DNA of 64,000 nucleotides from an uncultured Phycisphaerales bacterium (lineage in GTDB: Bacteria > Planctomycetota > Phycisphaerae > Tepidisphaerales > Tepidisphaeraceae): contig CAVWVQ010000002.1 in NCBI GenBank assembly GCA_963758525.1, positions 128,001 to 192,000 on the forward strand, written 5' to 3'. Every line of letters begins with the position of its first letter. The first letter of the stretch is position 1. The notes beneath the pieces were generated by a model, which did no database searches, was not told where the DNA came from, and worked only from the letters and a program-made list of their open reading frames with translations. Shown piece by piece: positions 21,615-33,546 of this stretch. Both the position numbers and the translations under genes were made by a program.

Positions 21615-21953
21615 ATGGCAGAGGAAACGCAGCCCCCCACGGATGACAAGCAGAGCGTTCACGTCATGCTCGACGAGCGCGAATTGCGCACGAGCTTCGC
21701 GAACGGTTACCGGATTCACACCACCGCCGAGGAAGTGATTGTTGACTTCGGCTTCAACCTTCTCAACCCCAACCCGCAGGGCGGCCAGCAACAGATGCTT
21801 TTCCGCGTCAGCGACCGCGTGATCATGAGCTACGCGAGCGTGAAGCGGCTCACCGGATCGCTCAACCAGCTGATCCTGCGCTACGAGCAGCAATTCGGCC
21901 CCATCGCGGTCCATCGTGATCCGACGGCGAGCGGCCCGAAAGCGGTTCGGTAG
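21615..21953 (+). CDS. DUF3467 domain protein
   Basis: FAN...TAEEVIVDFG...RVIMS...KRL...YEQQFGPI pattern; AAGGA RBS. Confidence 0.85.
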   Translation: MAEETQPPTDDKQSVHVMLDERELRTSFANGYRIHTTAEEVIVDFGFNLLNPNPQGGQQQMLFRVSDRVIMSYASVKRLTGSLNQLILRYEQQFGPIAVHRDPTASGPKAVR

Positions 21954-21957
21954 ACAA

Positions 21958-23514
21958 TCAGGATGCAAGTCGCGCCGCTTGCGGCGCGATCTCCTCGTCA
22001 TAGATATGGGCGAGTATTTCGTCCGCTCCGATCGGCTGATTCCCAAGTTGCCGCACTTCGATGGACGCGGCAATGGAGCCGAGGAACGCCGCTGCCTGCA
22101 GCGATCCCCCTGCCGCCAGACCGAGGCTTGCCGCGGCGAGCAGCGCATCGCCGCAGCCGAGCGGATCGATCGCGGTGCCGGCCAGCGCGGGAATGTATTC
22201 GCTGCGCAGGCGTCCCTCGGCTGCTTGATCGTCGCGATCGAAAGTAACCAATCCCTGTTTGCCCAGCGTAATCATTGCCTGACGCGCTCCGGTTGCGTTC
22301 AGCAGGTTCCATACGACCGCCCCCAGGCCGTTGGCAAAATCGTGCTGGGATTCGCGCACTTCGCGCTCCGTCGGACAGAGCAGATCGACGTCCCGGAAGC
22401 GAAGCAGATTGCTCTGGCGTCCGCTGACGTCGGCTGAGAGCACAGGCACGCGCTGACGAAGTGCCGGCAGGATGCGGTCGAGCAGCCCGCCGGTGATCTG
22501 TCCGTAGCCGAAGTCGGTGAAGATCACCGCGGCGGCGCCATCCGCTGCCGCCAGAATCTTCGAGGCAAGCAGGCCTTCGAGCTGCGAATCCGCCGGCGTC
22601 GCGGCGCCTTCATCGACCTTGAACAACTTCGTCTGATCGGCGACATACCGATGCTTGCAGACCACGTCGCGTCGACCGGCGTAGCATTGCACGTCGACGC
22701 CGCCTGCTCGCAATCGCAATTCAATCTGCCCCGAGAGATGATCGTCGGCCAGTGAGCTGATCAGAGTGGGCTGAGCGCCCATTCGCGCCAGATGCAGGGC
22801 AACGACGCCCGCCCCGCCGTCGTAGTCTCGTTGCTCCATCGCCCGCAGGGAGAGCATCGGCCCTTCGCCGGCAACGCTCGTCGCGTCACAAAAGTGATAG
22901 CGGTCGAGAATGTAGTCCCCCACCACCAGCACGCGCATCCCCCGGCGGCGCTGGAGCAAATTTCCCAAATGCGATGATGAGAGTCCGTACCGATCCCGCA
23001 GACGCGCCACCTTCTCGTCGTTGAAGACATCCTGCCGCGGCATGGTGCCGATCAAGGCGGTCGAGGAATAGACAACCTCGCCGCTGGAGAGCACCACGCG
23101 CCCGCCATGCCGCATGACCGTCTCGCGCTCCGCGAGAAAGCGCGAATCGTTATTTTTTTCGTACTCCCGGCCTTTGACGTAAATGTCGGGCCGCAGCGAT
23201 TCGAGCAACGGCTGAGCCGTCGGATGCGGATTGATGTAAACGCAGTCGACGCATTCCAGCGCCGCGAGGCTCGCCGCCCGAAGATCGTCCGGAATCAGCG
23301 GCCGGCTCGGCCCCTTGTCAACCTGAGCGTCCGAACTCACCGACACGATCAGAATATCCCCCAGCGACCTGGCAAACTGCAGATGCTGAATGTGTCCGGG
23401 ATGAACGATGTCGAAACACCCGTGGCAGTGAACCACGGTTTTATTTGCCGCGCGCGCCTTCGCCCGCAGATCGGTTAGTGCATTGAGCGTGAGCGTCTTC
23501 GAATTCGCAAGCAT
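21958..23514 (-). CDS. bifunctional nucleotidyltransferase / PfkB sugar kinase (RfaE/HldE-like, reversed domain order)
   Basis: N-terminal HGCFDIVHPGH (HxGH); C-terminal DPLGCGDA PfkB anion-hole motif. Confidence 0.85.
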   Translation of the reverse strand: MLANSKTLTLNALTDLRAKARAANKTVVHCHGCFDIVHPGHIQHLQFARSLGDILIVSVSSDAQVDKGPSRPLIPDDLRAASLAALECVDCVYINPHPTAQPLLESLRPDIYVKGREYEKNNDSRFLAERETVMRHGGRVVLSSGEVVYSSTALIGTMPRQDVFNDEKVARLRDRYGLSSSHLGNLLQRRRGMRVLVVGDYILDRYHFCDATSVAGEGPMLSLRAMEQRDYDGGAGVVALHLARMGAQPTLISSLADDHLSGQIELRLRAGGVDVQCYAGRRDVVCKHRYVADQTKLFKVDEGAATPADSQLEGLLASKILAAADGAAAVIFTDFGYGQITGGLLDRILPALRQRVPVLSADVSGRQSNLLRFRDVDLLCPTEREVRESQHDFANGLGAVVWNLLNATGARQAMITLGKQGLVTFDRDDQAAEGRLRSEYIPALAGTAIDPLGCGDALLAAASLGLAAGGSLQAAAFLGSIAASIEVRQLGNQPIGADEILAHIYDEEIAPQAARLAS

Positions 23515-23674
23515 TCATCTCTCCGGCCGCCAGCGGGGCGTCAATGGAATCAGATGAAATATCGGCCACGCCTCTTGCGCAGCGTGAATAGTTATGGGAC
23601 CAAGGAGCGGTCAAGGACGACGGAAGGGGCGGAGCGGAAGGTTTGCCAATTGAAATAATTGAAATAGAGCAAAT

Positions 23675-23932
23675 TCAGGTGCCCTCGGCAACGACGATTA
23701 CGCGCGAGTGCTCCGGCAGGGTGACGCGAGGATCGACGAGGCGGATCACCCCATTTTCAACGATGCCCGGCAGGGCCAGAGGGTGCCGCGTCGATTGGCG
23801 CAAGTGGTGTTCGACGGGCGTGGGAACAGCATCCGATGGAAGTTGAGGCGGCGGAAGAGGGGGCTCGGCAGCGATGGTCTCGTCAAGCACTCGCCGCGAG
23901 GCGCTCCGCGTATCGGGTTCTATACTATGCAT
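23675..23932 (-). CDS. putative antitoxin with C-terminal DUF104/AF2212-like motif
   Basis: GIVENGVIRLVDPRVTLPEHSRVIV resembles the DUF104 pattern; it lies 12 bp downstream of a BrnT-like gene. Confidence 0.55.
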   Translation of the reverse strand: MHSIEPDTRSASRRVLDETIAAEPPLPPPQLPSDAVPTPVEHHLRQSTRHPLALPGIVENGVIRLVDPRVTLPEHSRVIVVAEGT

Positions 23933-23944
23933 CGCAGAATCCCT

Positions 23945-24202
23945 TCAATAGGCGGTAATCACGAAAATCAGAGTCTGTTCCAATTCGGCAAACCCATTGG
24001 GGACATCATCCTCTTCACGATCATACCGCCAGATAACCCATATCCGACGGCCTGAAGGCGTCGCCGCATACATGATGAAGGAACCGTCGCGACATTCCTG
24101 GAGACTGAAAACGCTTTGAAACGAAGCCTCGACTTCCTCGGCCGAAAGTGCGTGGGCACCGATCTTCGCGAGATTCCGGTCGATCCATTTGAATCGCCGC
24201 AA
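23945..24202 (-). CDS. BrnT/DUF497-like toxin
   Basis: F-x-W-x-x-x-N-x-x-K-x-x-x-H-x-L-S-x-E-E-V-E...T-x-S-G-R-x-I-x-V-I...FVITAY pattern; GGAGG RBS before the TTG. Confidence 0.65.
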   Translation of the reverse strand: MRRFKWIDRNLAKIGAHALSAEEVEASFQSVFSLQECRDGSFIMYAATPSGRRIWVIWRYDREEDDVPNGFAELEQTLIFVITAY

Positions 24203-24390
24203 GGTTTTTTCGCCTCCGAACCGCTCAACGCCTTACATCGTGCCCCCGATCCAGCTTGATCTCAAGCGCGGCCGTCAACCGCCTACTTTACACTCGCACG
24301 GAAGTCCGTGACTTCCGCCAGCATCTTTCCTCACCCTCTCGTACGCCTCTGTCCGATAACCATGACTGGCGGAGGATCCGCCGCTTTCAG

Positions 24391-26752
24391 ATGACTACTC
24401 AATCCCCCACCGCCGAGACGGACCTGGTTGCACACGATCTTCTTGCCGCCCTCCTGGGCGGAGACCTGCGGCTCGCAGCGGAGCGAGTCGCGCCGCTCAC
24501 GCCCGAGTCGCTGCTGGAGACGGCTCATGCGTGCATGCGCGGGCGGCGATGGGCTGACGCAGTGTGGGTGTTTGACCGCATTGAAACGCGCGGCGCCGAC
24601 GCCGAGGTCAAACGATGCTTCTGTAACAACCTGGCGGGCCTGCAGGTCAACCGTCCGCAGGTCTATCAGACGATCGTCACGCTCCCGACGGAAACACGTT
24701 GCTGCATCGGTTCCGCGGCCGATGGGCGGCCGACGATTATTCTCCGCCGCGCCAATGGCGAGCGCGTCTGCCTTTCGCCGGGCAACGATCCCCTGGCCAA
24801 CGTCTCGCAGGCGATCCGGGATCTGAAACCGGCTATCGAACAAGGCCTGCCCTTGGGGCTTTGCGGGATTGGCGATGGCTATTTGTTCAACCATCTCGCG
24901 CACCATCCGCCAAAGCTCTTTCTCAAGATGGAACAGGCGGTCTTTCTGATCGAGCCAGATGCGCAGGTGCTGCTGCATTGCCTGATGATCCACGACTACA
25001 CCGGCCCCGCCGGTCCGATTCAGCAGCGCCGCTTCCGGTGGTACGTGGGCTCGACCTGGCGGGAAGACATCACCCACGTTTTGACCAACGACCCCTATCT
25101 TCCCTGTCCCGCCGTGACGGTCTGCCAGGGTCTTGAGAGCGCACCACTCGCCGCGGCGCTGCGCGATCTGAGCCAGGTGATGGTCGAGCGCGACGCGCGA
25201 TTGAAAGCGCAGGTGGACGCCTATTACGCGGAGCTTGCCCGCGAGGAACTTGCCGCGCTGCTCGGCCCGCGCCCGCCTCGCCAGCCGCGCGTGCTGCTGA
25301 TGACCACCCGGTTCTCGACGGTTCTTCAGTATTCCACGCGCGATGCCGCCGACGCTTTTGAAAAGCTCGGCTGGGAGGCGCGCATCCTCATCGAGCCGAC
25401 CAATCACCATCGCCTCATGCACTCGGCCACGCGCAGCGAACTGGCGAACTTCAGGCCGGATCTGGTCTTCCAGATCGATCATCTTCGCCATGAGCATCCG
25501 GGGCTGTTCCCCCCGACGCTTCCGTTCGCCTGCTGGATTCAGGACCATCTGCCCAATCTCCGCACGCAGGAAGCCGCCCGGTCAATCTCCTCCAACGATT
25601 TTGTGCTGACCGATTCACCGGCGATGTATGGCTCGACTTTTTCATATCCTCGCCGGCAGTGCATCTCCGTCGCAAAGTTGACGCGCATCCCGCCGCGCCC
25701 CGTCGAGGACCGCGCAACGCAAGGCGATGATCTGGTCTTCGTTTCCAATGCATCGCATGTGCCCGCGAAGATCATCGCGGAGCGAACCGCCGCATATGAC
25801 GGCACGCCGCAGGGAAGGGCGTTGCTGCAGGAATGCGCCCGGCGACTGGTCGATCTGTATGCCGCCGAGCAGAATGTGCCAACCTATTTCGAGTTGCTGG
25901 AGTTAATTCGGCAGGTTCGCCGCGACACCGCCGCGCCGATCGGCGTCGCGGAATTTGACGCCATCGCCGCATGGCTCTTCCATCCGCTCAATGACGCGCT
26001 CTACCGCCAGCAGGCGCTGCGCTGGGCGCGCGATGCCGCGGACACAATGAGTCTTTCCTTCGCGATTTACGGCAACGGCTGGGAGGAGCATCCTGACTTT
26101 GCGGCATATGCCCGCGGCCCGGTGCAGTACGGACCCGCGCTTGAGGCGCTGACGCGCGCAAGCCGGTTCAATCTGCAGATCGTGCCGTATCTCTGCCTGC
26201 ACCAGCGGCTGCTCGACGGGCTCGTGGCCGGCGGATTTTACCTGATTCGCCGGCATCGCGCCGATACCGTCGCCCGCCAGTTGCTCGAATTCCTGCTCGC
26301 TCACGTCCCGACCGCACACAAGCTCGAGCTTGCCCGACGCGCGCTTTCAGAGCCGTTCCGCGGCGAACTCGACAGGCTGGCGGCGGCGCTCAAACCTGCG
26401 ATTGCCACCAGCGAACAGGATGATCCGGTCGAGGCTGTCCGTGCCTGGCATGAAATGGGATTGGTGGAGCGCGACCGGCAGATTTTGCCGCGCTTCGACC
26501 TGACCAGCTTTGACGACGCACAGAGTCTTCGACTGGCGATCGCGCGCTTCACCGCCGATCCGGATTTGCGGGAGCAGGTGCAGCAGGAGCAAAGGCAGCA
26601 GCGTCGCCGACCGGTTCACGTATGAAGCCGGCCTCGGCCGCGTCGTCGCGAAAATGCACGAACTGCTGTCGGACTCGGATATTCCGCCGAAATCCAAGAT
26701 CGAGCACCCGCGCGCATTTGCCGCCGGAGGTCGCACACGGAGAGCGGTCTGA
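24391..26752 (+). CDS. large glycosyltransferase-like protein (Maf-like Rossmann region plus CgeB-like GT-B C-terminus); frameshift near 26595
   Basis: GIGDGYL...VFLIEPD region, then PDLVFQID...WIQD...IYGNGW...SRFNL...HQRLLDGLVAGGFYL. Confidence 0.6.
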
Positions 26753-27937
26753 TGAAGCTCAGCTACGTGATCATCACCCGCAACCGTCGCGGGCGGCTGC
26801 TGGAGACGCTTGGGCGGCTGGAAGAACATACACCGCTGGCACCGGGGCAATGGGAAACGCTTGTCGTTGACAATGCTTCCGACGACGGGTCGATCGCAGC
26901 GGTCCAGTCAACGTTTCCGCACGTGCGTACGATCGCCCTCGCCGCGAACGAGGGGATGCCCGCGCGCAATCACGCCTTCACGCAGGCGCGCGGGGAGTTT
27001 CTCTTCTCGCTCGACGACGACAGCTACCCCGCGGCCGGCGCTGTTGCCGTCGCGTTGAATTTTCTCGCCTCGCGTCCGCGCGCGGCGGCGCTGACGGGCC
27101 GGGCGGTGCTTCCCAACGGCAAGTGGGAAGCCAGCGCGTTGCCGCGCGTGATTCTCGGGGGAGCCTGCGTGCTGCGCCGATCCGTCATCGCGAACATCGG
27201 CGGCTTCCCAGCCGAATTCTTCCGCCAGGCGGAGGAATACGATCTGAGCTTTCGCATCTGGCAGCGCCGGATATTCCGTCGAGCGTTGCGAAGAATTGAT
27301 CTTCCGCCACGACAAATCCACCGAAGGACGCAGCTCTGCCTTGACGCATCGGATGGATCTGCGGAACAACCTTATTCTGATCGAGCGATATCTGCCCCGC
27401 AGCCTGCGACGCGATTTTCGCCACGACTGGATTCGACGCTATGCCGCCCTGGCCCGGTACGACGGCTGCGAAGACGCCGTCATCGACGCATTGCGCGATG
27501 CCCGCGTCTGGGCGAAGCAAGAGCGTGATACCGGCCGAAAGACGCTTCCGCCGCTCCTGATTGAAAAGCTGTTTGAGCTGGAACGCCAGGGCGACTTAGT
27601 ACGTCGTTGGAAACGTCTGCACGCGATTCGCTCGGTTGTCATCGCCGATTTCAGCAAAAACCTGTACGCCACCTGGCGGGCCTGCAGCCTGGCGGGGCTT
27701 CAAATCACCGCCCTGGCGGATGACCGCCCCGCGTTTGCCGGTCGATCGCATCGCGGGGTTCCGATTCTTGCTCTGGGCGAAGCGATCGGCCTCGGAGCCG
27801 ACGGCATCATTCTCTCCAACATCAATCCCGCCCAGATTGACGATCGACTTGCCGCGATAAGAGCCGCGTATGCCGGGCCGATTCTTCGATTATGGGAGCC
27901 CCGCTTTTTGGCGCAGCCGGGAACATTGGCGGCATGA
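26752..27937 (+). CDS. GT2 glycosyltransferase; frameshift near 27265
   Basis: YVIITRNR, VVDNASDDG, LDDD and EEYDL motifs; C-terminus in the 27296-27937 frame. Confidence 0.85.
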
Positions 27938-29624
27938 TGCGGATTTTCAACGAGACGACCATGCAAGACACGATCAACCTCACCGACCCCACGCTCGCCG
28001 CCACGTTTGAAGTCATCTATCTTGGCCCGACGCTCACGAAACTGCGCCCGATGCGCAGCAATGCGATCGACGTTGGCGCGCATCGCGGCGACGTCACCGC
28101 GGCGCTGGCGGACCTGGGCTTCCGCGTGCTGGCGATCGAGCCGCAACCCATGATGACCCGCAGGCTCGCCGATCGGTTCCGATCTCTGCTCGACCAGGAC
28201 CTCCTGCACATCGAGCGCTGTGCCGCATCGAATCGTCGCGGTGTCGGCAGCATGTATCTGGGGTCTGCCAGCACGGTCAACACCCTGGAACGTGACTGGA
28301 CGCGCGTCGCATTTCCCGATGAATTTCGCGCGCCGAACAGATGGACGTCCCGCTTTACACCATTGCCGAGCTGGCTGACGCCGCCGGGTTCGAGCGACCG
28401 GCGTTTGTAAAGATTGATGTCGAAGGACACGAGCTTCCAGCGCTGGAGGGTCTTTTCCGCCAGACCTGCGCCAATGAACCGCCGCCAGTCGTCATGTTCG
28501 AGGCCAACCAACGCTTTCCTGATGCCGTGCGGCAGTGTCTGTCGCTGCTGGAGGCAACCGGGTATGGGCCGTTCGATATCTTCATTCGCGAGGGAATCGC
28601 GCCGATCGCGGCGGAACGCTTCACCGGGGCGGAGCTTCCCGCCGCCTGGAATGCGTGCAACTCGCGATATTTTTACGCAAACATCATCGCGTATCATCGG
28701 TCGGTCGATTCAAACATCCTCCCTGCGAGCCCCATCACGTTTCTTGAGAATTACCAGCTCGAATCGGCTCGCGACGTCCTGCGGCGCAGACTGCGCCTCG
28801 AACAATCCGAGCCTACCCCCGTTCACGCGATCTGGTCGGAGGCGCGGCAGGAGCTGCGCAAATACATTCTCGAAGCCGACTGGCGCAACTTTCTCAGTCA
28901 CCCCGTGTGCAAGCACATGTTCTTCCGCGGCCGATGGGGTCCCGGGCAGGATCACGAGTTGGCCTCGCTTTCCTCCACCGCGTTTGGACGAGGCTTGCTC
29001 GAGACACACCGCGATCCTTCGGCCGGCGTCCCGCGCATCAGCGAAAAGCTTCCGGGACTGAGCACCAACATGCTCGGCATGCTTTATTACCTGCAGCGCG
29101 TCCACCAGCATTGCGAAGGCTCGCTGCCGGAGAGGTTCATCGAGGTCGGCGGCGGCTACGGCGCTTTTGCGTTTGCCTGGATGCGGCAGAATCCCAGCGC
29201 GTCATATGTGATCGTCGATCTGCCGGAGATGCTGGCGATTCAGCATTATTTTCTCACGCTCGCGCTGCCGGGGCACCGCGTCGTCTTCGCCGCCGACTCG
29301 GACGCTCGGCCGGAACCGGGGCAGATTCTGCTGCTGCCGGCGCGGCGGCTCAGCGAGTTGCCGCTCTCCTGCGACCTGCTGTTTTCGACGTTCGGTTTTT
29401 CCGAACTGCCGCGTGAACTGCAGAAGCAGATCGAGTCGACGGCGTACTTCAACGCCTCGCGCATCTTTCTCACCGGGCAATTTGCAAGCGAGTTTCCCGA
29501 GTTGAAGTTGGTGCATCATGATGAGGTCGTAGGCGCTGCCCGCCAACGATTCAGCCATGTTGACGTCGAGCGATTCCACACGGGCGACAACTATCTTTTG
29601 ACCGCAAGCCGTTCCGCTGCCTGA
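27934..29624 (+). CDS. FkbM-family methyltransferase fused to a putative sugar O-methyltransferase; frameshift near 28335
   Basis: IDVGAHRG...IEPQP...VKIDVEGHE (FkbM), followed by IEVGGGYG...IVDLPEM...FSELP. Confidence 0.75.
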
Positions 29625-29650
29625 TGCGATAAACCCTGGAGGAAACGAAG

Positions 29651-30668
29651 ATGCATCCGAAATTCATGGATATTCTCTGCTGCCCCGAGACCGGCGAACG
29701 CTTCTCCCTGGAGATCCGCGAGCAGCGCGTCAATGGCCTGATCATCACCGGAGCACTGCGCACCCGCGGCGGACGGAATTATCCGATCGTGCGGGGCGTG
29801 CCGCGATTCGTGAATGAAGAGGCGTACGCCGACAGCTTTGGCGTCGAATGGAATCGCTGGCCGCGAACGCAGTTCGAGTTTGAAAACGTCGGCCGGCCCA
29901 TGGAGGGGCACACGACGCGGATGTGGGAACGCATCACGCATGTCTCGCCCGACGAAGTGCGCGATCGCACCATCGTCGACTTCGGCTGCGGCCCCGGGCG
30001 GTTTCTCGACGTCGTCCGATCCAAAGGCGGATACGCCGTGGGCATCGATCTGAGCAGCGCCGTCGATGCGGCCCGTGAGAATTTTCGCAACGATCCCAAT
30101 GTGCTGATCGTGCAGGGCGACCTGCTGCACCCTCCGTTTCTCTCCGGCGTGATGGATGGCGGATACTCGATCGGCGTGCTGCATCACACCCCTCATCCGG
30201 GAGCCGGCGTGGCTTCGCTTGCCAACGTGGTCCGCTCGCAAGGCTGGCTCGCCTGCTGCGTCTACTCCAAAGATGATTTTTACGACTTCCCCTCGCTGCA
30301 GCGCCTCCGCAAGGCGCACTGCGCCCTCAAGCCCTACCTCGGCTATTCGTTTGCGACGGCGTACGCGTACGCGGCCGCGTACGGCGTCGCGCCAATGCTG
30401 CAAAAGCTCAAGGCTTTCGGCTGGTGGAGAACGGTGCAGTATATCGAGCGAAATCTGCTGCTTTGCGTGCGGCTGAAGGATCCGCGATGGCGCGTCCTCG
30501 ACATCTTCGACGCGATTACGCCGCAGATCGCGACCACGCACACGCCGCAAGAAGTGATGCAATGGCTGGAGGAGGCCGGTTGCAACGAAATCCGAACAAC
30601 CTATTGGTGCCCAACGTCGTTTGCCGCGCAGCAAGGCACAGATCGCGGCAGGATCGATCGCCGCATAA
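29651..30668 (+). CDS. Trm112-like domain fused to class I SAM methyltransferase; probable +1 error near 30630
   Basis: MDILCCPETG...YPIVRGVPRF (Trm112-like), VDFGCGPGRF, SIGVLHHTP. The corrected frame ends ...AGSIAA with TAA at 30666-30668. Confidence 0.8.
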
Positions 30669-30687
30669 GAACCGAGGGCCGTCAGTC

Positions 30688-31725
30688 ATGCGCATTCTCA
30701 GCGTTGTCACCCGCAACTACTACGGCCAGCCTCAGGCGCTGGAGCCGATGTTTCTTGAGTTCACGCAGCCGTTGCTGGAAATGGGGCATGTCGTCGAGCA
30801 TTTCGATCACGTGCTGACCTGCGCACAGGTCGGGCCCGACGAATGCGCCGCTCGACTTGTCGACACCATCCGCCAGCGCGGGTACGACCTGGTCCTGTAT
30901 CAGACCGGCGGGCGTGATTTCATCAACCGCGGCGCATTCATCGACGCGGGACGCCTGGCGCCGATTGTGGGGTGGAACAGCGATGACGATTGGCAATGGG
31001 AAAGCTACACCAAGCTGATCGCCCCGCTCTTCACCTACGCGATCACGACCTACCCGCACATTTACCACGGCGCTCGCCGCGAGCATCGGAACCTGCTGCT
31101 GAGTCAATGGGGATGCCTGGAAACATACGCTCAGTTTGACCGCGAGAAGGATCTGGAGTTCACCTTCGTCGGCCAAGTCTATCGGAGCCGGGTGGCGGAA
31201 CTGCGGGCACTGAGAAAAGAGGCGTCCCTCCGCGTCTTCGGACTCGGCGCGCTGCGAGTGACGATCCCGCCGATGAACAATCGCCTGATCCGCAAGTACG
31301 TCACGAAGATAGCGCCCGCGACCAACCGGGCGCTGGCATTTCCCCAGGTGCATGAGATCTGGAACCGCAGCAGGATTTCGTACACGCCGCTCGGCGCCAG
31401 CACCGATCCGCGGATGCTTCAGATCAAGGGACGCGTTTTTCAGATGGGACTCTCCGGCACGCTGATGCTCTGTCAGGCATCGGAAAATCTCGATCCGTAT
31501 TACACCGCCGGCAAGGAATACGTTGCGTTCCACGATCCGCGCGACTGCATCAACAAGGTCCGCTATTACCTCGCGCACGAATCCGAGCGCGCGTGGATCG
31601 CCGGCGCCTACGCCGCCAGAACGCGGGCCGAACATTTGTGGAGTCATCGATTCGCGGAAATCTTCCGGAAGATCGGGATCAGTGTCCCGCGTACCACGGG
31701 TTTCCAACCCGTGCTGGCGGCATAG
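30688..31725 (+). CDS. CgeB-like glycosyltransferase (Glyco_trans_1_2)
   Basis: SDDDW, FVGQ, SRIS, QIKGRVFQ, GKEYV and EHLWSHRF motifs. Confidence 0.8.
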   Translation: MRILSVVTRNYYGQPQALEPMFLEFTQPLLEMGHVVEHFDHVLTCAQVGPDECAARLVDTIRQRGYDLVLYQTGGRDFINRGAFIDAGRLAPIVGWNSDDDWQWESYTKLIAPLFTYAITTYPHIYHGARREHRNLLLSQWGCLETYAQFDREKDLEFTFVGQVYRSRVAELRALRKEASLRVFGLGALRVTIPPMNNRLIRKYVTKIAPATNRALAFPQVHEIWNRSRISYTPLGASTDPRMLQIKGRVFQMGLSGTLMLCQASENLDPYYTAGKEYVAFHDPRDCINKVRYYLAHESERAWIAGAYAARTRAEHLWSHRFAEIFRKIGISVPRTTGFQPVLAA

Positions 31726-31818
31726 CAGAAAATGAAACTTCGCTTCTCTCTGGAAGCTTTAAAAACCAGATCTGTATTCCTCCTGATGCAGTTCGCACGG
31801 GTTGGAAACCCGTGGTAC
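31691..31818. repeat. REP doublet (REPIN-like) with 24-bp perfect inverted arms
   Basis: GTACCACGGGTTTCCAACCCGTGC (31691-31714) and its exact reverse complement (31795-31818). Confidence 0.9.
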
Positions 31819-31822
31819 TAAC

Positions 31823-33546
31823 ATGTGTGGAATCGCAGTCATCCTCCCCGGCAGCGCACTGCGAAGCAGCCGTTTCGCGATCGAGCGCATGACCGACGCG
31901 CTGGCCCACCGCGGCCCCGACGCGCAGGCGGTCGCACATCTGGACGGCTGCGACCTGGGTCACACCAGGCTGAGCGTCATCGATCTCACCACCGGCCAAC
32001 AGCCGATGACCGATTCGACCGGTCATTTCACCATCGTCTTCAACGGCGAAATTTATAACTATCGCGAGCTGCGGAGCGAGTTGGAATCGCTCGGCCATGT
32101 ATTCCACACAACCTCCGACACTGAAGTGCTGCTCCACGCCTGCATGCAGTTCGGCCCGTCGGCTCCTGAACATCTCAACGGCCAATTCGCGTTCGCATTT
32201 TGGAACGGCCACGAGCGGACGCTGCTTCTGGCCCGCGATCGCTTCGGCGAAAAGCCGCTCTACTGGGCCAGCGGGAAATCCGGCGAGCTCATTGCGGCAT
32301 CGGAGATAAAGGCGATCCTCGCTTCGGAGCTGGTCGAGCCGCAAATCGATCCCATCTCAGTGGATGCGTACCTCGGGCTTCATTACGTGCCGCCCGACCG
32401 CACGATCTACCGGAACATTCACGCGCTTCCCCCGGCACACATCGCCCAATGGAACGGCAGCCGATTATTCTGCTCTCGATACTGGCAACCCAGGATCGGC
32501 GGACCGGAGGTCGGGGAACGTGAGTCGGTGGAAGAGATCGGCCGACTGCTGCGACGTGCGGTGAAACGACAAATGACAGCCGACGTTCCCGTCGGTGCAT
32601 TTCTCAGCGGCGGTCTGGACTCGACGACCATCGTTGCGCTGATGCAGCAATCTTCCCCTCTGCCCGTCAGCACCTTCTCCGTCGGCTTCGGCAAGCTGAT
32701 CGACGAACTTCCCTTTGCGCGAGAAGCCGCGCGGCAATATGCCACGGATCATCACGAGCTTCAGATGGATATCGACGTTGCCGAGGTGCTGGCTCGGATA
32801 ACGCAGGTTTACGATGAGCCATTTGCCGATTCCTCCTGCATCCCGACCTATTTGATGGCGAGTTACGCTCGCCAGCACGTCAAGGTCGTACTCTCGGGGG
32901 ACGGCGGCGACGAGCTCTTTGGCGGATACGACTGGTATCGGCCGCTGCTGAACGAACCGGGCGGCAACGAATGCTTTCGTCGCCATTTGCTGCATTCAAC
33001 TCATGCCCTGGCCGATCGCGCGGCACTCTGGGGCGGCCGCCAGCCCCCATCCGCGCAGCAGATCACGGGCCGATATGGCTCGGAACTTTGCGGGATCGAT
33101 TCGGTCGTTTCCTTCGACTGCCATTGCTATCTGCCGGGTGACATTCTCGTCAAGGTTGACCGCGCCGCGATGGCTCATGGGTTGGAAACACGCGCGCCCT
33201 TCCTCGATGTAGACTTGGCGGAGTTCGTGCTGGGACTTCCGGCCACGCTCCGCTTCAGGGATCCCCGCCTCAAGGGCCTGCTGCGCGCGGCCTGCGGACA
33301 CCTCTGGCCAGAACCGATCCGCAAGAGATCAAAGCAGGGATTCGGCGCCCCGTGCGCGCATGGCTCGAACTCCCGGAGCTGAAGGAACTGTGGAACTTCG
33401 CCCAGCGAGCCGAAGGCCCGCTGACCGCGCTGCTTCCGGGACTTTCGAAAGTCGCCGGCGACCTGCGTCCGCAACGCAAGTGGACGTTGCTCTGTCTCGC
33501 CCAATGGCTGGAAGCGAGGACGCCATGCCTGGCCGGCCTGCGGTAA
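31823..33546 (+). CDS. asnB: asparagine synthase (glutamine-hydrolysing) family amidotransferase; frameshift near 33350
   Basis: MCGI N-terminus, HRGPD, FNGEIYN, LSGGLDS, SGDGGDE, KVDR and ETRAPFLD motifs. Confidence 0.9.
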
